Source: Candidatus Cloacimonadales bacterium
GTDB lineage: Bacteria; Cloacimonadota; Cloacimonadia; Cloacimonadales; JAFGVF01
DNA length: 64,000 nt
Direction: 5' to 3'
Assembly (NCBI GenBank): GCA_963662585.1
Contig: OY759729.1
Span: forward strand, 1,888,001 to 1,952,000
Shown: piece by piece, positions 59,284-64,000 of the stretch
How positions within the stretch are numbered: the first letter of the stretch is position 1
How the letters are laid out: every line of letters starts with the position of its first letter
Position numbers and translations under genes: made by a program
Notes under the pieces: model-generated
What the model was told of the DNA's origin: nothing
The model's input: the letters and a program-made list of their open reading frames with translations, nothing else
The model's database searches: none

Positions 59284-59370
59284 TTATACAAACTCGAGGA
59301 GGGTTTTGATTAGCATAGACACACTATTTGGCGGTTGATATTTCACACCCTGAAATAGTCTATTACTCAT
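59284..59370 (-). CDS. Putative 28-aa leader peptide MSNRLFQGVKYQPPNSVSMLIKTLLEFV
   Basis: GGAGG (59382-59378) 7 nt before the ATG; stop 27 nt before the decarboxylase start; contains an anti-SD. Confidence 0.6.
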   Translation of the reverse strand: MSNRLFQGVKYQPPNSVSMLIKTLLEFV

Positions 59371-59900
59371 AGCATTTCCTCCAATATTAAGTTTCTTTAA
59401 TGAACACATATAAAATAATTAAATTTTTAAGCAAGCAAAAAATTTAATAATATTATGATTAGCATAAGTTATTGGGAATCAGAGCTAAAGAGATAGGACA
59501 TTAGCTTTTTTTTACTTTTGTTTTTTAGGGACTTATCTCTTTTACTAGTAGTATCATTGAAGATTAGTTCAAAATTTAGATTTAAATGAACTTTATCTTA
59601 ACATTTTTGATTAAAGAGAAATCACTCTTATATGTGATGCTTATAATATTAGTTTATGGCAATCTTTCAAGTAAAGTGGGTCTTAGAAAAAAAATAATAT
59701 GGCAAGGGACTTCGGGCGAAAGAAAGTTGTCGGAAGTCGCTACTGCGTGAGCAACTCCCGTCATAAAAAGTTGGAGACCGGAGTTCCTCAGCCATAGGCA
59801 AGGGACTTCGGGCGAAAGTTGCCAAACAATTACCTAAGAAAATTTTGAAGCTTTAACCCAATAATGCAGTAGATCTTTTAGAATAGTACTATATTCATTT

Positions 59901-59963
59901 GCTAAAGCAGCTGATTGTATCGAATGTGGCAAATGCGAAGTGTCTTGCCCTCAACTTGAATAA
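59901..59963 (+). pseudogene. Fragment of a 4Fe-4S binding domain
   Basis: Translates AKAADCIECGKCEVSCPQLE*; no ATG/GTG/TTG between it and the upstream in-frame stop at 59862. Confidence 0.55.
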
Positions 59964-60043
59964 AAGCGGTCAAATTTATTTCTCCTTGACTTGGAAAAGA
60001 ACTGATATTAAATTTGCTAAATAAAGTAAAGAGAGGAAATTAA

Positions 60044-60931
60044 ATGAAGAATTCACTAACCACATTTGTTAAATGTTGCTTAATTTTATTACCACTATTA
60101 TCCCTAATGAGTTGCCAAGTCAAAGAAGAGAAGATGGAAATTTGGCACACTATAGCTGCCCAAGATTCTATTTCACAAGAAATTACTTATTTTATTCAAC
60201 CAAATATTGATGCTTCAAAAGTTGAGAGTAAAGTTATCAGAGCTAAAATCGAGGGGTCTTGGCATGATATCGAGATTACTGAAGTACCTGAAAGATTTAT
60301 TAAGTGGAATTTTGACAGAAGACTTGAACAACTGAAAGAGATCAAAGATGGTTTAGAGAGTGGCAATATGCAAATGCCTACTTTGTCTGGACCACATAAT
60401 GGTATGGTGGCTACTCATGGTAACAAGAGAGAGGATTCTGCCTTCAGTATTAATAATGCTGTAAAGGGAATGGGTTGGTTACCAAAAGCAGAGAAAATAG
60501 GCGAAGTTAAACAGATGCTTTTAGATACTTGGGATGCTGATATTTTTAAAAAGTTAGATGTTCTTACCAAGTTATATGAAGATGGAGAAAATGTCTTTGA
60601 TTTAACCAAACAGAGCTCTTTAGAACTCTATTCTCAGCCTGATTATGAAACCCAATCTTTCTTAAATCAAATGGCTGACCCAGGAGTAACAATGGTATTT
60701 TTAGATTTACCTGAATCTTTTAAACTTCGCTGTGTAGTGCAAATGTTACATCCAGATAATCCTAATTTAACAGATTATGAAAAAGATGTAGTAGAATACA
60801 TAAATCTTGTTCATGATTACTTCCATGGACAAATGCCTCGTAAATCAATCGGAGTAATTTATCACATTAGCCAAGTCTATGATAACTCACCAAGAGGAAA
60901 AGGAAAGCTTATTACTCCAATGTTTCCCTAG
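60044..60931 (+). CDS. Hypothetical lipoprotein, possibly FMN-binding split-barrel (PNPOx-like)
   Basis: Lipobox LMSC; GAGG RBS; NQMADPGVTMVF..SFKLR..ISQVYDNSP resembles split-barrel proteins (function uncertain). Confidence 0.55.
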   Translation: MKNSLTTFVKCCLILLPLLSLMSCQVKEEKMEIWHTIAAQDSISQEITYFIQPNIDASKVESKVIRAKIEGSWHDIEITEVPERFIKWNFDRRLEQLKEIKDGLESGNMQMPTLSGPHNGMVATHGNKREDSAFSINNAVKGMGWLPKAEKIGEVKQMLLDTWDADIFKKLDVLTKLYEDGENVFDLTKQSSLELYSQPDYETQSFLNQMADPGVTMVFLDLPESFKLRCVVQMLHPDNPNLTDYEKDVVEYINLVHDYFHGQMPRKSIGVIYHISQVYDNSPRGKGKLITPMFP

Positions 60932-60960
60932 AAATATTAACTGAAATATAATATAAATTT

Positions 60961-60990
60961 AGGGGTGTTGATATGAACGCCCCTATTCTT
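60961..60990 (+). terminator. Terminator
   Basis: AGGGGTGTT..AACGCCCCT stem followed by ATTCTT. Confidence 0.6.
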
Positions 60991-61001
60991 AGCTCAAGAA
61001 A

Positions 61002-61033
61002 ATACCACTTACCATTAAAATTATACCATTTAC
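61002..61033. promoter_or_regulatory. LytTR-type direct repeat
   Basis: ATACCACTTAC (61002) and ATACCATTTAC (61023), 21 bp period, upstream of the tolC operon. Confidence 0.45.
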
Positions 61034-61113
61034 AAAATTGTATTTGTAAAATCAGCAATATTGCTTTATTTGTCATTATAGAAAATCAAAAATAATAAGG
61101 ATGAGGTTTTTAA

Positions 61114-62487
61114 ATGACAAAAAGAACAGGATTAACAATCATATTGTTAAGTTGTCTTACTTTAATCTTAGCTGTGAATCAGTTAAGTTTAGAGACAGCC
61201 AAGGAAATGTTATTACAGCAAAATCTTGATTACCTTTCAGTCCAAGCATCCAAGGATAAGGCAGAATCTACTGAAAAGTCAGCATTTTATTCTTACTTTC
61301 CAAGTGCTTCCTTGACAGGTAATCATACTCGTTATGAACCAGAATTGATGTCAGGTAAGTACACTAATCAAATAGGTTTATCAGTTACCCAGCCATTATT
61401 GGCAAATGGATCTATCTATTTTAATAACAAGATTCAGCAGGAGAATAGACTTTCTTCTCAAGTAAGTGTAAGGCAGAAAAGAATAGAAATTCTAAGCCAG
61501 CTTGAGATACTTTATTACACAGCTTTGGAGAGTCAGAGAAATCTTAAGATTGCTGAAAGTAGTTTAGAAAGGGCTCAAAAAGCTTATGAAAGTGGCAAGT
61601 TAAAGTTTCAGCAGAAGGTAATTTCCAAGGATCAGCTTCTTAGATTGCAGGTGGATGTTACCAATAAGTCTATCACCCTATTAAATAGTAAAAATTCTAA
61701 TGCAGATGCTTATCGAGCTTTGAAGGTATATCTTAATACAGATGCCGATTTTGAATTGCAGGAAATTGCATTTGTTCTTGATTCAACTTTGTTGGAGAAT
61801 CAAAGAAAGTTGGCAAGTAATTTTACTATAGCTAGAGAAGAATCTTTTATTAGAGGTAATTCAGCCTATCAAAAGCTTTTAACTAGACTTATTGCTCTTT
61901 CTTCAGATAAGAATCCTCAAATTGCTTTAGCTAAATCAGGAATAAACATGGCTAGCTTTTCAGTGAAACAACAGCAGTCTAGCTTTTTGCCTACTTTAAG
62001 CTTATCTTTCAATCAAAATTGGTCCGCTTCAGAGAAGTCTTCAGATTTCACAGATCAAACTACTCTTATGCTTAATGCTTCCCTATCTATTTTCCCATTA
62101 GTGAATAAATATCATAATGTGAATGCTCAAAAGATGAATCTTAAATCTGTTAACTATAATTATCAATCTTTACTTAAGGGGATTGAATCAAGTTTAGAAA
62201 CAGCTCTTAACAATTATCTTACTTCATTAGAAAGAAGTCAGTTAGCAGAGCAGACTTTAAGTCTTAACGAAGAGATTTTTAAGCAAATGACTACTAAGTT
62301 CCAAGCAAACTTAATCTCTGTTGATGAATATTTAGATGCTCAAGTTGATTTGGATCAAGCTCGTGAGCAATACAACAGTTCTTTATATGGTTTCCTTAAG
62401 AGTGAATCAAACTTACGCCGTACTATTGGGCTAGAAAACAGTAGTGAATTATCAGAAATAATTACTTTAGTATTAGAGGAGAAATAA
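61114..62487 (+). CDS. TolC family outer-membrane efflux protein
   Basis: Signal peptide; YFPSASL and FLPTLSL repeats; upstream of MFP and RND genes. Confidence 0.88.
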   Translation: MTKRTGLTIILLSCLTLILAVNQLSLETAKEMLLQQNLDYLSVQASKDKAESTEKSAFYSYFPSASLTGNHTRYEPELMSGKYTNQIGLSVTQPLLANGSIYFNNKIQQENRLSSQVSVRQKRIEILSQLEILYYTALESQRNLKIAESSLERAQKAYESGKLKFQQKVISKDQLLRLQVDVTNKSITLLNSKNSNADAYRALKVYLNTDADFELQEIAFVLDSTLLENQRKLASNFTIAREESFIRGNSAYQKLLTRLIALSSDKNPQIALAKSGINMASFSVKQQQSSFLPTLSLSFNQNWSASEKSSDFTDQTTLMLNASLSIFPLVNKYHNVNAQKMNLKSVNYNYQSLLKGIESSLETALNNYLTSLERSQLAEQTLSLNEEIFKQMTTKFQANLISVDEYLDAQVDLDQAREQYNSSLYGFLKSESNLRRTIGLENSSELSEIITLVLEEK

Positions 62488-63593
62488 TGAAAAAAGCACA
62501 TTCAAGAATGATTAAAATAGCGAGTTTATTTATAGTTTTAGGACTAGTATTTTCTAGTGGTTGTGGTAAGAAAGAGCAAGGTCAAAAGATGGAGAAGAAT
62601 GGAAATGGAGTCACTCGTGTGATTGTAGAACCAGTAAAACTTGAACCAATTGTTCGTACCATAAAGTTATCAGGTAAAGCTGAGGGCATAGTTGATATTG
62701 ATGTTCTTGCTGAAATCTCTGGCAGAATAGTCTCCCTCAACAAGAGGCTAGGAGATTGGGTGAAAACTGGTGATGAAATCGGACGCATAGAGTCTGCTCA
62801 ATACGAGTATTCATTCAAGCAAGCTCAGGCACAGCTAATAGCCACCGAAGCAGGATTGCGTTCTAAAGAGATGCAACTTGAAGCTGATTCACTTCTTTAC
62901 ATTCAGGAGTCTATCTCAGAGCAAGGACTTCTCAATTCCTATAATTCTTATCAGATGGCACTTTCCGCTTATAAGGGAGCACAGGCACTTTATGAGCAGA
63001 CTAAGCGTACCTTGGATAGGGCAATTATCAAAGCTCCTGCCACAGGTTACCTTGCTTATCTTCCTATAAAAGTGGGTGAAAATATTTCAGCAAACACTCT
63101 TCTTTATACCCTTGTGGATGATTCTCAGATTATCGTAAGAACAGGTATCGGACAGAATTATATCAATATGGTTGAAGCAAATGATGCTGTTGCAATTACT
63201 TGTAATAGTGTAAATTTACAAGTCAAGGGTCATGTTAGGAGTATAGGAAGGTCAGCCAAAGTAGGCGATTCTTTATATCCCATTGAAATAGCTTTTAAGA
63301 ACCCTGGAAATATGAAGTCTGGAATGATTCTTAATCTAGAACTTGAGAAAGCAACAACTGAATCTATGTTTGCTATCAAATTCTCGGTAGTAGAGCAACG
63401 CTATGACCAAAGATTTGTTTATGTAGCCGATGGAAAAAGTGCTTCATTACGAGAAATTAAGTTAGGTGATATGTTTGGAAATTATGTTGTAGTGACTGAA
63501 GGTTTATCAGTCAATGATCTATTAATCGTTGATAGTGCAGGTAAATTATCTGATGGACAGCCAATAACTTACACTTTATCAGAAGAGGAGTAG
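62487..63593 (+). CDS. RND efflux periplasmic adaptor (MFP)
   Basis: Lipobox SSGC; AEISGRI, GDWVKTG, IKAPATG, GLSVND. Confidence 0.9.
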   Translation: MKKAHSRMIKIASLFIVLGLVFSSGCGKKEQGQKMEKNGNGVTRVIVEPVKLEPIVRTIKLSGKAEGIVDIDVLAEISGRIVSLNKRLGDWVKTGDEIGRIESAQYEYSFKQAQAQLIATEAGLRSKEMQLEADSLLYIQESISEQGLLNSYNSYQMALSAYKGAQALYEQTKRTLDRAIIKAPATGYLAYLPIKVGENISANTLLYTLVDDSQIIVRTGIGQNYINMVEANDAVAITCNSVNLQVKGHVRSIGRSAKVGDSLYPIEIAFKNPGNMKSGMILNLELEKATTESMFAIKFSVVEQRYDQRFVYVADGKSASLREIKLGDMFGNYVVVTEGLSVNDLLIVDSAGKLSDGQPITYTLSEEE

Positions 63594-63596
63594 AAT

Positions 63597-64000
63597 ATGT
63601 CTCTTCCTAAATTTTCAGTAGATAATCCGATTCTGGTAAATATGTTAATGATAATCGTTTTTATTTTCGGTTTCATAACAATTTACGAGATTCCTAAAGA
63701 AGAGATGCCCGGCATAGAGTTTGGTGCTTTCAATGTAACAGTCACTTATCCAGGAGTTTCCCCAGAAGAGATAGAGATGAATGTAGTTAATAAGATAGAG
63801 AAGCAGATTCAACGCATGGACGGTGTTGATTATATCTCTTCAACTTCTCAAGAGGGAATGGCTAATATTTATGTTCAGATGGAAGCAGATGCTGATATGG
63901 AGCGAGCTTGGAGTGATATTAATGCTGAACTAGACAAGGTAAATGACCTTCCTGAAAATGCCAATGACCCTATCGTAACTGAAATTAAGATGCGAGAACT
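63597..64000 (+). CDS. RND efflux permease, 5' part (runs off the window)
   Basis: Translates MSLPKFSVDNPILVNMLMII...YPGVSPEEIE; GAGGAG RBS. Confidence 0.88.
   Translation, partial: MSLPKFSVDNPILVNMLMIIVFIFGFITIYEIPKEEMPGIEFGAFNVTVTYPGVSPEEIEMNVVNKIEKQIQRMDGVDYISSTSQEGMANIYVQMEADADMERAWSDINAELDKVNDLPENANDPIVTEIKMRE

Noticed and set aside
1..64000. tRNA, rRNA, integrase or transposase genes
   Set aside because: None recognised by eye; a tRNAscan/HMM run would be needed to exclude them fully.

Overview
This is AT-rich chromosomal DNA from a diderm, probably anaerobic bacterium. The gene set and repeat style suggest Cloacimonadota or a related FCB-type lineage, but that is inference only. Core and transport genes: comEC, an Omp85-type barrel, two TolC/MFP/RND efflux operons (the second cut by the window edge), a TetR-HlyD-ABC-ABC-permease-permease operon, a Na+-translocating acyl-CoA (methylmalonyl-CoA-type) decarboxylase operon, a TPP-riboswitch thi4-thiE-thiC operon, purC-RR-mazG-HK-nnr-lamin-tail protein, nadC, a zinc-ribbon gene, RNase P RNA and a fold-III ornithine/lysine decarboxylase. 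Accessory DNA: two paralogous FGE-sulfatase lipoproteins, a 2.6 kb non-coding tandem array of ~712 bp palindromic units, several MITE/REP-like elements, an RM + DUF3644(HEPN-like) defence island after rnpB, and an apparently complete class C-like group II intron inserted after a terminator hairpin. Four signals stand out. (1) An unannotated 28-aa Pro-Pro leader ORF whose 3' end carries an anti-SD able to sequester the decarboxylase RBS, a candidate polyamine/ornithine-responsive translational attenuator. (2) About nine DnaA boxes packed inside a protein-coding gene. (3) An RM system with an apparently split methyltransferase and an internal start, next to a HEPN-like gene. (4) An RND pump with rearranged ion-coupling residues. 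All calls are from motif recognition by eye; no searches or folding programs were run.
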